Part shown: one piece after another, positions 17,658 through 27,224 of the stretch
Position numbering within the stretch: the stretch's first letter is position 1
Layout of the letters: the number at the start of each line of letters is the position of its first letter
Made by a program: the position numbers and the translations under genes
NCBI GenBank assembly: GCA_023137185.1
Contig: JAGLPS010000002.1
Span: 1 to 45,457, forward strand
Origin: Minisyncoccota bacterium
Lineage (GTDB): Bacteria; Patescibacteriota; Minisyncoccia; Phycocordibacterales; JAGLPS01
Direction: 5' to 3'
DNA length: 45,457 bases
The notes under the pieces: model-generated
Database searches by the model: none
What the model saw: the letters and a program-made list of their open reading frames with translations, nothing else
Told to the model about the DNA's origin: nothing

Positions 17658-18704
17658 TTACTCTTGTTTTTTTGCTTGTGAGAGAGTGGAATTTCCTTCT
17701 AAAAACTCAAACACCTTCTCATTTTTGAGAACCGATTCAATATAAATTTTTACGCGTGTCGGGTCAGCTTCTTTATAGTGGGACAAAAGGTGTTTGACTT
17801 CTTTTTCAACTTGGTCTTCCGCGGGTTCTATTTTCTCATTTGTGGCGACAGTATTGAGGATAAGCTGTGTTTTTGCCCGCTTAATGGCTGTCTCTCTCCA
17901 TGTTTTCTGCAGATCTTCCACACTCTTTTTGATTTGCCCTAAATACTGCTCAAGTGTTATTCCTGATGTCTTTAATTCTCCCTCAAATTCAGCAAACATC
18001 TTTCGTAACTCCTCTTCCACGATAATTTCCGGAAGGTCTATTTTTGATTTTTCAATAAGATTATCAATAATGGCGATTCGCTTTTTTTCTCGCGCCCTTA
18101 CTTTTTTCTCATATTCGAGGTTTCCCCGTATCTTTTTTGTAAAATCTTCTACATCAGAAAAATCACCGAGACTTTTTACAAAGATGTCGTTAACTTCAGG
18201 AAGCGCTTCAAGTTTATCCTGTTCCTTTTTTTGTTGTTGTATTGTTTCAATCACTTTTTCTACTTCTTTGTCTGAAATAGCCAAATCGTCTTTCTGCTCC
18301 ATTATTTTTTTGGCAGTATTTTTGTATTCGGAAAGAGAGATGTCAGGGAAAAGAGCCGTGCGGATTTTGAATCCAAGTGGATTTCTACGGGCAATTTTTG
18401 TGATGGTGATACGAGGAAGTCCGATGGCATTAAGACCGTTCTCCTTTAATATTTCCGGATATGCGTCTCCAAGAGCAGTTTCAGCCGCTCTGTGGAGGAT
18501 ATTCATTTCGCCAACTTTTTTGATTACAACATCTTCCGGTACATGCCCTTTTCGAAAACCGTCAACTTCTGTTTCGGTGACAGTTTTTTTAAGTGTTGTT
18601 TCCCAACATTTTTCTAAAAAATCTGCTGGAATCTCTCCTTCAATTTCTATCTCTGACTGGGGAAGATGGTTAATTTTAATGTTTTGATGCAGGTGTGTGT
18701 TCAT
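17658..18704 (-). CDS. tig: Trigger factor lacking the FKBP PPIase domain
   Basis: VDGFRKGHVP ribosome-binding motif, C-terminal chaperone domain, about 348 aa, upstream of clpP. Confidence 0.9.
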   Translation of the reverse strand: MNTHLHQNIKINHLPQSEIEIEGEIPADFLEKCWETTLKKTVTETEVDGFRKGHVPEDVVIKKVGEMNILHRAAETALGDAYPEILKENGLNAIGLPRITITKIARRNPLGFKIRTALFPDISLSEYKNTAKKIMEQKDDLAISDKEVEKVIETIQQQKKEQDKLEALPEVNDIFVKSLGDFSDVEDFTKKIRGNLEYEKKVRAREKKRIAIIDNLIEKSKIDLPEIIVEEELRKMFAEFEGELKTSGITLEQYLGQIKKSVEDLQKTWRETAIKRAKTQLILNTVATNEKIEPAEDQVEKEVKHLLSHYKEADPTRVKIYIESVLKNEKVFEFLEGNSTLSQAKKQE

Positions 18705-18768
18705 TTCCGTATAATTACAAACTAGTGTACTTGTATCTCCACAAATTGGCAAGTAAAGATTAACGTAA

Positions 18769-18807
18769 ACAAAAACCCCTCTGCCAGTTGGCAGAGGGGA
18801 TTTTTGT
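18769..18807 (-). terminator. Intrinsic terminator
   Basis: CCCCTCTGCCA / TGGCAGAGGGG with A- and T-rich flanks. Confidence 0.75.
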
Positions 18808-18808
18808 C

Positions 18809-19174
18809 TTAGAGGTCAATCGTATCAAGCTCTGATTCTATCAACTCAAGCTCTTGGTCAAGATTTTCTAAATCTGTTGAATCTAAGTCTTTTTCAATGT
18901 CTGTGATTTCATCTGAAGAGCCCTGTGTCTCTAGAAGCTCTATTGAAGTATCGGCTGTGTCACTTCCTTCCGACATCGCGCCTTCTTTTGTTGCCATAGA
19001 CTCGTCTGCATTTTTTTCTACCCTTTGACCCCAAAAATATAAGCCTCCAAGAACAATGACAAGAATAACAATAATAATTCCGATAAGTGGTCCGATGGAA
19101 GAAGGTTTTGGTGTCTCTTCTGGCATTTGAGGCATTGCATTCACAGGGTTTTGATTGGTGTTTAGATTTTCCAT
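18809..19174 (-). CDS. Small membrane-anchored acidic hypothetical protein
   Basis: One TM helix (IGPLIGIIIVILVIVLGGLYFW) and an acidic tail. Confidence 0.75.
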   Translation of the reverse strand: MENLNTNQNPVNAMPQMPEETPKPSSIGPLIGIIIVILVIVLGGLYFWGQRVEKNADESMATKEGAMSEGSDTADTSIELLETQGSSDEITDIEKDLDSTDLENLDQELELIESELDTIDL

Positions 19175-19193
19175 AATAATATTTTTTGTTTTT

Positions 19194-19919
19194 TTAATTT
19201 TCAGAATCAGTTTCCGCGTTTAATTTTAGTTTTACTATTTCTTTGAGGCTTTTGATTGCTTCTCGTAGATGGCTGTATACACTATGAATTTTTTCCTTTG
19301 CCTCCTTAACAAGTTCCCGAGCTTCTTCAAATGCTTCGCGTAAGGTGTCTGCGGTTACAATATCTGTAATGGCTTCTGGTATTTTCTCAACGATTACGAG
19401 AGCTTCTTCGATCTCTGCTTTTGCCGTTGTTAAATGTTCCTCTGGATCTGATGTGTCTACACCTTCTTCTTTTAATTTTTCAATTCGTGAGAAAATTCTT
19501 CCCGCTAATAATTCTGCTCTGTCAATAGCTGCAAGCAAACGCCTTACAATCTGATTCAATGAGACGTCAATTCCGTGTCTAATACGCCTCCGCGCCTCTT
19601 CCCTTGTCTCATTGGCTTGGTCAGTAATTTTTTCTTTCTGCTCTTCTAATCTCTCCCGCGCCTCTTCTTGTCTTTGTTCAACATCTATCTTGAGTGCCCT
19701 TACTCTTGTTTCAATTTCTTCACGCACCGTTTCTCTTTTCTGTTCTATCTCTCCCGCCTGTTTTTCCATCTGTTTTTTAAGTTGCTGAGTTTCCCCGTTG
19801 GAATTTAACTTTATTTGAATAGTGTCTTTCGTATTTTGGGCGTATGTGTTTAGTGCGGGGGACAGTAACAATGTTATTACAAGAAACAGCGAAATAGAAA
19901 TTTTGTTAGGTTTTTTCAT
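19194..19919 (-). CDS. Secreted coiled-coil hypothetical protein
   Basis: Signal peptide ending TYA and E/R/K-rich helices. Confidence 0.75.
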   Translation of the reverse strand: MKKPNKISISLFLVITLLLSPALNTYAQNTKDTIQIKLNSNGETQQLKKQMEKQAGEIEQKRETVREEIETRVRALKIDVEQRQEEARERLEEQKEKITDQANETREEARRRIRHGIDVSLNQIVRRLLAAIDRAELLAGRIFSRIEKLKEEGVDTSDPEEHLTTAKAEIEEALVIVEKIPEAITDIVTADTLREAFEEARELVKEAKEKIHSVYSHLREAIKSLKEIVKLKLNAETDSEN

Positions 19920-19959
19920 ATATATAATTTATTTTAATAAAATAACGGGGCTGTTTATA

Positions 19960-20066
19960 TTTGACGAGCGAGCCTGCCTATCACAGGCTTGCCCAGCCAG
20001 GGGAGACCGCGAAAACTTCTAAATTTAATGGCGTCCGAGAGCGAAGTCAAACTATGAGTCAATACC
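19960..20066 (+). repeat. Intergenic copy of the repeat in the protease gene, with a nested CCTGCCTA..CAGGCTTGC unit
   Basis: TTTGACGAGCGAG ... GTCAAACTATGAGTCAATACC matches the reverse complement of 13685-13760. Confidence 0.7.
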
Positions 20067-20175
20067 TCGCGGTCTTTGCCACAATGGCTCGTGTACAGTT
20101 TTCCTAGAAGAATTATACAAAAAAACACCTCAACGAACAATGTTGGGGTGGTACACAAAAAATTAGGCTCTTTCT

Positions 20176-20222
20176 CTTCCATAAAAACAGCCCGGGCGAC
20201 GCCCGGGCTGTTTTTATGGAAG
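20176..20222. repeat. 47-bp palindrome (may serve as ppa terminator)
   Basis: CTTCCATAAAAACAGCCCGGGCG-A-CGCCCGGGCTGTTTTTATGGAAG. Confidence 0.8.
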
Positions 20223-20275
20223 CGACCATTCATCCCCGTCCGCTTGCGGCGGGGATTGATGAACGGCAAACTTTA
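20217..20275. repeat. Short copy of the repeat at 38431-38588
   Basis: TGGAAGCGACCATT...CCGTCCGCTTGCGGCGGGGAT...CGGCAAACTTTA is shared between the two loci. Confidence 0.75.
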
Positions 20276-20797
20276 TTTCTTGAACTTCTTGTTGTATAAT
20301 TCTTTTCCTTCTTCAAACGCTCTTTCTGCGTCCTCTTTATTTTTGAAGCCGATGACAGACACTTCCTTGTCCTGAAGTTTTTTATATGTGCTGTAAAAAT
20401 GTTCAAGTTCTTTAAGTGTGTGTGGGTTGATATCCGAAAGTTCTTTTACCTTTTCCCATCGCGGATCGTCAATAGGAACAGCAATAATTTTATCATCTGC
20501 TTCTCCATCATCCGTCATATTCATAAGCGCGATAGGTCTGGCACGCACCAGAATACCTGGAAGAAGCGGGTATGTGGTAAGTACTACAACATCAATCGGG
20601 TCGTTGTCGTACCATAGGGTTTGTGGGACAAAACCGTAATCAAATGGAAAGTCTTGAGTGGTATGGGTGACGCGATCTAAGGCAATGAGGCCAGTCTTTT
20701 TATCAATTTCGTATTTATTTTTTGATCCTCGATTGATTTCGATAATAACGTTTATGTTATTTTTTTCTCCGGGATCAATTTCATGCCATAAATTCAT
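20273..20797 (-). CDS. ppa: Inorganic pyrophosphatase (family I)
   Basis: KNKYEIDK, YGFVPQT, DNDPIDV, DDKIIAVP. Confidence 0.95.
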   Translation of the reverse strand: MNLWHEIDPGEKNNINVIIEINRGSKNKYEIDKKTGLIALDRVTHTTQDFPFDYGFVPQTLWYDNDPIDVVVLTTYPLLPGILVRARPIALMNMTDDGEADDKIIAVPIDDPRWEKVKELSDINPHTLKELEHFYSTYKKLQDKEVSVIGFKNKEDAERAFEEGKELYNKKFKK

Positions 20798-20828
20798 ATT
20801 GTGTTATTTTTACTATCTTATAATTTCA

Positions 20829-22049
20829 TTATAGCACTTCTTTTTTTGCGTCTTCTGCATCTTTACTTTTTTCTGTGTTATTTTCATCTTTCTCTTTTTC
20901 CTCAAGGACGGTATCTTCAATGTCGGCTTCCTTATTGCTTTTGTCACTCTGAGGGGATTGGATATCAATTTTCCATCCGGTCAGTTTCGCCGCAAGGCGA
21001 ACATTTTGCCCTCCTTTCCCGATCGCGAGAGATTGCTGATCTTCTGACACTTCAACTCGGGCTTCTTTTTCTTCCTCGCTAACGATTCCAACTGAGAGTA
21101 TCTTGGCAGGAGAAAGAGCGTCTTCTATAAATTCTTGAGGAATGTCAGACCATTCAATGATGTCTATTTTTTCTCCCCCAAGCTCGCTCATTACCGTAGT
21201 TACTCTCACGCCACGTTGACCAACCATTGAACCAACAGGATCGATGTGTTCATCGTGGGAATACACAGCAATTTTGCTACGGGAACCGGCTTCACGAGCG
21301 ATTGACTTTATTTCAACCACTCCTGAACCGATTTCAGGAGTTTCAATTTCGAACAGTTTTTCCAAGAATTTTGGATGTGAACGTGACAAGCGCAAAAATA
21401 CTCCTCTAGGGGTTTCTTCAACGCGATAGAGATATGCTCTAATTCGCTCTCCGGGACGGTAATGCTCTCCACGTATTTGCTCTTCAAGTGAAAGTAGGCC
21501 TGTCGCTCTTCCCATATCAACAAAAATATTACCTCTTTCCATCCTTTGAACTACTCCGGTAACAATTTCGTCTTCGTGTTTTCCGTATTCGCCAAGTACA
21601 GAAACTTTTTCTGCTTCACGAATTTTCTGAATAATCATTTGTTTCGCGGTTTGAGCTGCGATACGGCCGTAATCACCCTTTGTTTCAAGAGGGAATACTA
21701 TCTCTTCACCTACTGTCGAACCCTTTCTGATTTTTTGAGCATTGGAAAGAAGAATATGTTTTTCAGCATTAAGCACCTCCTTTTCTGTATCTATATCTCC
21801 GCTTGCAAGTTTTTCTTCTTCAGTCATAAACACTTCAGATTCGTCCACGATTATTTTAACCTGGAAAAAATTTGTTTCACCATTTTCTGGGTTAAATTGA
21901 GCGCGAATGATTTGTCCTCGTTTCCCGTACTCTTTCTTGTATGCGGTTGCGAGGGCCATTCCAATTGCTTCAACGATTTTTTCTCTTGGAATACCACGTT
22001 CTTCTTCAAGCTGGTCTAATACAGAATGAATAACTTTTAGATCAAACAT
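20829..22049 (-). CDS. nusA: Transcription factor NusA
   Basis: GRIAAQTAKQ, S1 domain, AREAGSRSKIAV, GKGGQNVRLAAKLTGWKIDI. Confidence 0.97.
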   Translation of the reverse strand: MFDLKVIHSVLDQLEEERGIPREKIVEAIGMALATAYKKEYGKRGQIIRAQFNPENGETNFFQVKIIVDESEVFMTEEEKLASGDIDTEKEVLNAEKHILLSNAQKIRKGSTVGEEIVFPLETKGDYGRIAAQTAKQMIIQKIREAEKVSVLGEYGKHEDEIVTGVVQRMERGNIFVDMGRATGLLSLEEQIRGEHYRPGERIRAYLYRVEETPRGVFLRLSRSHPKFLEKLFEIETPEIGSGVVEIKSIAREAGSRSKIAVYSHDEHIDPVGSMVGQRGVRVTTVMSELGGEKIDIIEWSDIPQEFIEDALSPAKILSVGIVSEEEKEARVEVSEDQQSLAIGKGGQNVRLAAKLTGWKIDIQSPQSDKSNKEADIEDTVLEEKEKDENNTEKSKDAEDAKKEVL

Positions 22050-22141
22050 AATAGTTTTGTTATGAACAAAGCGAATTTCAAAATCATCACTTACCAAAAT
22101 TTTGACGAAGAAGAAAAATATCTCGCTCTGCTCGTTTTTTT

Positions 22142-22172
22142 AAAAAAATAAGCCCGCCGAATGGCGAACTGA
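22142..22172 (-). promoter_or_regulatory. Terminator-like attenuator hairpin in the nusA leader
   Basis: Minus strand reads AGTTCGCC-ATTC-GGCGGGCT-TATTTTTTT; G-U pairs form only on the sense strand. Confidence 0.55.
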
Positions 22173-22259
22173 CTATATTTCTATAATATATGTTTGCCAC
22201 CTTTTGTCAAATAGGCGCTTTTCTTACCTACTTAACCCTTAAAACTTGGAAACTTAACT

Positions 22260-22286
22260 AATTATCGAGGTTCAACCTCGATAATT
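22260..22286. repeat. 27-bp palindrome (family P), left of the pilus cluster
   Basis: AATTATCGAGGTT-C-AACCTCGATAATT. Confidence 0.85.
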
Positions 22287-22431
22287 TTTAGATGGAGACG
22301 TAATTTTGTTTTGTAATTTGTGCAGATTTGGAGGCTGGACTTCCAAGCTGGAGTTTTTAAGTATAGATAGTGACAAAATACTATGCCAAAAGAGGCGTAG
22401 GGGGTATAATTTAATAAAATATATAACGATT

Positions 22432-24186
22432 ATGTACATTGAGGAAGCCCAACTTAAAGATTTTATTCTTGACTCTGATTTAATTTCTCGATCAGATTTT
22501 GAAAAAGCAGAAAAGAAGGCCGTCGCCGAGGGTTCGAGTATTGGGAAAGTTCTGGTTGATCAAGGAAAAATCAGTGAAGACGATCTGCGAAAAGTTCAGG
22601 CGCATATTCTGGGTATTCCATTTGTTGATCTTAAGAACGAAAAGATTGATTTTGAAGTGTTGTCCCTTATTCCAGAACCAATTGCGCGAAATCACAACAT
22701 TGTCACCTTTCGCGCCGTCGAAGGATCTCTTGAAGTTGCGATGTTGGATACTGAAGATTTAGCGGCTATTGACTTTGTTAAAAAGAAAACTGGTCTCAAA
22801 ATTCTTCCCCGCCTTACTGATACTGAGTCAATGAAAAACGCTTTGTTGCAATATCAGAAGAGCCTCAAGGCGGAATTTGGGGACATTATTCAGAAAGAAG
22901 CGTTGTCATTGAAGATGGCGCCTGAAGGTGGGGAAGGGGAACTTTCAGAAAGTGATTTAAAGGAACTTGCTGAAGATATTCCTGTTATTCGTATTGTAGA
23001 TACACTTCTCAAACACGCCATCATTCAGAATGCTTCTGATATTCATATAGAGCCAATGGAAACTCAGGTTTTGGTGAGGTATCGGATTGACGGCATTTTG
23101 CATGACGCGATGGTACTTCCTAAAAATGTTGCTGGCAGTATTACCGCTCGCATAAAAGTGCTTTCTAATTTGAAGCTTGACGAAAAACGACTTCCGCAGG
23201 ACGGACGCTTCAAAGTGGAGGTTAACAGTGAAAGTGTTTCGTTTCGTGTCTCAACAATTCCAACGTATTTTGGTGAAAAAACAGTTATGCGTGTTCTTCG
23301 TGAGAGCGCGTCAGGTTTTTCCCTTGAAGTCCTTGGTTTCCACGGTGAAGCACTCGAATATATTCATAGCGCGACTAAGTTGACTACCGGTATGATTCTT
23401 ACCACAGGACCAACTGGCTCAGGTAAAACAACCACGCTCTATACTGTGTTAGATATTCTCAATACACCAGATGTTAATATATCAACCATTGAGGACCCTA
23501 TTGAGTATCAAATGAAGCGAGTAAATCAGACGCAGGTAAAACCAGATATAGGATTTACATTTGCGGGTGGTTTGCGCTCACTTGTTCGACAGGACCCCGA
23601 TATAATTATGGTTGGCGAGATTCGTGACCATGAGACGGCATCACTCGCAGTTAACGCTGCTCTTACCGGGCATCTTGTGCTTTCGACACTCCATACGAAC
23701 TCCGCGGCAGGAGCAATACCACGTCTTATTGATATGAAAGTCGAGCCGTTTCTGCTTGTGTCTACTCTTAACGTTATTATTGCGCAGCGCCTTATCAGAA
23801 AACTTGCGGAAAATAAAGAAAAAAGGATGCTCGGAAAAGATGAGATTGTAACTCTTGAAAAAAGTATTGATCTTAACAAGGTTCTTGAGTTTCTTAAAAA
23901 AGAAAAAGTTGTAAAAGAAGATGCGACATGGGAAAAAATTCCCTTTTATAGCGCTGTTGCTTCCAATGACGCCCCTGATGGATACAGCGGTCGGGTGGGC
24001 ATTTATGAGGTGCTTCAGGTCTCATCCGCGATAAAAGAATTAATTCTTAAAAATGAGACAAGTTATGCGATTGACGAACAAGCAAGAAAAGAAGGTATGA
24101 TGACAATGATAGAAGATGGTATTTTTAAAGCGGTTCAAGGATTAACAACAATAGAAGAAGTACTTCGTGTTATTTCTTCAGAGTAA
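22432..24186 (+). CDS. pilB: Type IV pilus assembly ATPase PilB/GspE
   Basis: ASDIHIEP, RLPQDGR, GPTGSGKTT, EDPIEY, RQDPDIIMVGEIRD, TGHLVLSTLH. Confidence 0.95.
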   Translation: MYIEEAQLKDFILDSDLISRSDFEKAEKKAVAEGSSIGKVLVDQGKISEDDLRKVQAHILGIPFVDLKNEKIDFEVLSLIPEPIARNHNIVTFRAVEGSLEVAMLDTEDLAAIDFVKKKTGLKILPRLTDTESMKNALLQYQKSLKAEFGDIIQKEALSLKMAPEGGEGELSESDLKELAEDIPVIRIVDTLLKHAIIQNASDIHIEPMETQVLVRYRIDGILHDAMVLPKNVAGSITARIKVLSNLKLDEKRLPQDGRFKVEVNSESVSFRVSTIPTYFGEKTVMRVLRESASGFSLEVLGFHGEALEYIHSATKLTTGMILTTGPTGSGKTTTLYTVLDILNTPDVNISTIEDPIEYQMKRVNQTQVKPDIGFTFAGGLRSLVRQDPDIIMVGEIRDHETASLAVNAALTGHLVLSTLHTNSAAGAIPRLIDMKVEPFLLVSTLNVIIAQRLIRKLAENKEKRMLGKDEIVTLEKSIDLNKVLEFLKKEKVVKEDATWEKIPFYSAVASNDAPDGYSGRVGIYEVLQVSSAIKELILKNETSYAIDEQARKEGMMTMIEDGIFKAVQGLTTIEEVLRVISSE

Positions 24187-24192
24187 TATAAT

Positions 24193-25410
24193 ATGACTCT
24201 TTTTTCATTTAAAGCAATCAGAAAGGACGGAGAATCGTACGAGGGGACGATGGAGGCCTCAACGAAAAATGTGATACACGAAAAGATTTCCAAAGATGGC
24301 GATACCATAATATATGTCCGGGAAATGGCAAAACGTCCCTCACTTTCTTTTCGGAGTTTTGAAAGTTTCTTTATGAAGGTGAAAATGAGTGACAAAATTG
24401 TCTTTGCCCGCAACTTGGCTTCAATGGTTGAAGCTGGTCTTTCACTTTCCCGCGCGCTCTCTGTGCTGGAACGACAAACAAAAAATAAACAGATGGAGAA
24501 AATTCTGCAGTCGCTTATTGAAAGTATCAACAAAGGGGAGCCACTAAGTGAGGCAATGAAACATTTCCCTTCAATTTTTCCAGCGCTGTTTGTTTCAATG
24601 GTGCGCGCTGGTGAGGAGAGCGGGAATCTTGTTGAATCTCTGCGAGGAGTTGCTTCGCAACTTGAAAAGACATATACGCTAACGCGCCGAATTCAGGGAG
24701 CAATGATTTATCCGGCAATTATTCTTGCTCTTATGTTTGTTATTGCAATTTTGATGCTTGTCTATGTTGTGCCGACTTTGGCAAAAACCTTTCTGGAACT
24801 TGGTGTTGAATTGCCGCTCTCAACACGAATTCTTATTTCCGCGAGCAATTTTTTAAGTCAGAATTTTATTTTTGTTGTTCTTGGTTTCGTTGCCACTGTT
24901 TCAGGTTTTATGTTTGTGGCTCGCACAAAAAAGGGAAAACGGACTATCGATTTCGCGCTGCTTCGTCTCCCGCTAGTTTCTCCTATTGTTAAGGAAGTAA
25001 ATTCAGCTCGGACGACACGAACTCTTTCTTCCCTTCTGTTGGCTGGTGTGGATTTGATTATCGCGATACGGATTACAGGAGAGGTTTTGCAGAATTCATT
25101 TTATAAAGACGTATTGAAACAGATGGAAATACGTGTGGAAAAAGGAGAAAGCATTTCTTCTGTCATTTCTGAGCACGTAGACCTCTATCCTGTATTTGTA
25201 TCTGAAATGACAAACGTCGGGGAAGAAACTGGGAAATTGTCGGAAATGCTTATGGGGGTCGCGACATTCTATGAAAATGAAGTTGAACAACAGACACGCG
25301 ATCTCTCAACTATTGTTGAACCGGTTTTGATGATAATTATTGGGATTGCTGTTGGATTTTTTGTACTTTCAATGATTGGGCCCACTTACTCTCTCGTTGA
25401 TATACTTTAG
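24193..25410 (+). CDS. pilC: Type IV pilus platform protein PilC/GspF
   Basis: GEESGNL, AMIYP, GEETGKL and EP motifs; three TM segments. Confidence 0.93.
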   Translation: MTLFSFKAIRKDGESYEGTMEASTKNVIHEKISKDGDTIIYVREMAKRPSLSFRSFESFFMKVKMSDKIVFARNLASMVEAGLSLSRALSVLERQTKNKQMEKILQSLIESINKGEPLSEAMKHFPSIFPALFVSMVRAGEESGNLVESLRGVASQLEKTYTLTRRIQGAMIYPAIILALMFVIAILMLVYVVPTLAKTFLELGVELPLSTRILISASNFLSQNFIFVVLGFVATVSGFMFVARTKKGKRTIDFALLRLPLVSPIVKEVNSARTTRTLSSLLLAGVDLIIAIRITGEVLQNSFYKDVLKQMEIRVEKGESISSVISEHVDLYPVFVSEMTNVGEETGKLSEMLMGVATFYENEVEQQTRDLSTIVEPVLMIIIGIAVGFFVLSMIGPTYSLVDIL

Positions 25411-25411
25411 T

Positions 25412-27214
25412 ATGTTGAATAATCGTCAACGCGCGTTTACATTAGTTGAAACACTCATTGGGGTCGCGCTTTTTTTAATGATTATGATGGGAGTGTATCG
25501 GGGATATTTCGCTGTTGTTAGCGCCGCTAGGGCGGCAACAGTGCGCCTAACTGCCGCGAATCTCGCAAACGAGCAATTCGAAATTGTCCGTAATCTACCG
25601 TATGCAGATGTGGGTATTGTCAATGGTATTCCTTCTGGAAAAGTCCCATATACGCAGACGCTTGTACGAGGAGGGCAGACGTTTACTGTTACCGCTATAG
25701 TTCGTGATATTGATCTTCCCTTTGATGGTACTGTCGGAGGAAGTCCTAACGATCTATCTCCGGCGGATAACAAACTTATTGAATTTACTATTCTATGTGA
25801 CTTATGCGCAAACTTTTCTCCACTTACGTTTACAGGTCGTGTCGCTCCAAAAAATCTTGAAACTGCCTCTACAAACGGAGCTCTTTTTATAAGAGTTTTT
25901 AACGCCAATGGAGTTGCAATACCCGAAGCTTCTGTTCGAGTACAGAGTACTACCTTGACTCCTGCGATTGATATCCAAGATGTAACCAATAATTCTGGTG
26001 TATTACAGATAGTTGATATTCCTCCCGGATTTAAAGAATACAAAATTACTGTCACTGAAGAAGGATATTCTACTGCAACTACCTATCCGCCGGATGATCC
26101 AGAAAATCCCAATCCGACGAATCCTCATGCAACTGTTACCTCTCAACAAGTGACTCAGATCAGTTTTAATATAGACGAATTAAGCACTATCTTTGTTTCA
26201 AGTGTAAATGATACATGCTCTCTGATTCCGGATGTGGATTTTTACATTGCTGGTAGTAAACTTGTGGGGGAAGACCCTGATATTCCGAAGTACAGTTCTG
26301 TTGGAGAAACTGACATAAATGGGCAACTTACCATAGATGCACTGGAATGGGATACCTATAATCTATCTCTTGTGGATTCTACTTATGACCTTATTGGGCT
26401 AAACCCGTTGAGTCCGCTTTTTCTTATTCCAGGCTCAATTCAAAATCTTAAGATTATCGTTGCTCTCAAAGATCCTAAAAGTCTTCTCGTTACTATTGAA
26501 GATGGAGCAACACAGTTACCAATTTCAGACGCTTCCGTTCTTCTTGAAGATGAATACTCATATTCAGAGACTCTTTTGACGGGTAGAGGGTTTATTACTC
26601 AAACTTCCTGGTCAGGAGGAGGTGGCCAAGCAATTTTTGTTGATCAAGATAAGTATTTTACGTCGGATGGTAACATCGACATAACAGATACTCCAGGTGT
26701 TATCTCCCTTAAGGAAAACTTTGGGGAATATACTCCTTCGGGATGGCTTGAGTCTTCTACCTTTGACACCGGTTCCCCAAGTAACTTCCATGAGATTGTG
26801 TGGCTTCCCAAAGACCAACTTCCACAGACAGGCACTGACAATGTACGTTTCCAAATAGCTACTGGAAATGATCAAGCAACTACCACGTGGAATTACAAAG
26901 GACATGATGGCACAGCGACAACACACTATACAATTTCAAATTTTAATATAGATCCTGTACATAATGGTGACCAGTATTTTCGTTATAAAATCTATCTTCA
27001 GACAGCGGATGTTAATTATACTCCGAGCATTTCTGATATTTCTTTTACCTTCACATCCGAATGTACTCCTCCAGGCCAAGTATTATTCGGCGGTCTTTTA
27101 GATGGAGTATATACAATTACTGTAAACAAAAACGGGCATCAGCAGTCAGTTGCGGACCTAATTACTCTTCCAAATGACTGGCAGGAAGTAAAAATAACAT
27201 TGTATCCTGAATAA
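25412..27214 (+). CDS. Large pilin-like protein with beta-rich (carboxypeptidase-regulatory-like) domains
   Basis: Prepilin motif RA/FTLVE followed by a hydrophobic helix; about 600 aa. Confidence 0.8.
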   Translation: MLNNRQRAFTLVETLIGVALFLMIMMGVYRGYFAVVSAARAATVRLTAANLANEQFEIVRNLPYADVGIVNGIPSGKVPYTQTLVRGGQTFTVTAIVRDIDLPFDGTVGGSPNDLSPADNKLIEFTILCDLCANFSPLTFTGRVAPKNLETASTNGALFIRVFNANGVAIPEASVRVQSTTLTPAIDIQDVTNNSGVLQIVDIPPGFKEYKITVTEEGYSTATTYPPDDPENPNPTNPHATVTSQQVTQISFNIDELSTIFVSSVNDTCSLIPDVDFYIAGSKLVGEDPDIPKYSSVGETDINGQLTIDALEWDTYNLSLVDSTYDLIGLNPLSPLFLIPGSIQNLKIIVALKDPKSLLVTIEDGATQLPISDASVLLEDEYSYSETLLTGRGFITQTSWSGGGGQAIFVDQDKYFTSDGNIDITDTPGVISLKENFGEYTPSGWLESSTFDTGSPSNFHEIVWLPKDQLPQTGTDNVRFQIATGNDQATTTWNYKGHDGTATTHYTISNFNIDPVHNGDQYFRYKIYLQTADVNYTPSISDISFTFTSECTPPGQVLFGGLLDGVYTITVNKNGHQQSVADLITLPNDWQEVKITLYPE

Positions 27215-27224
27215 ATAGAAGAAT

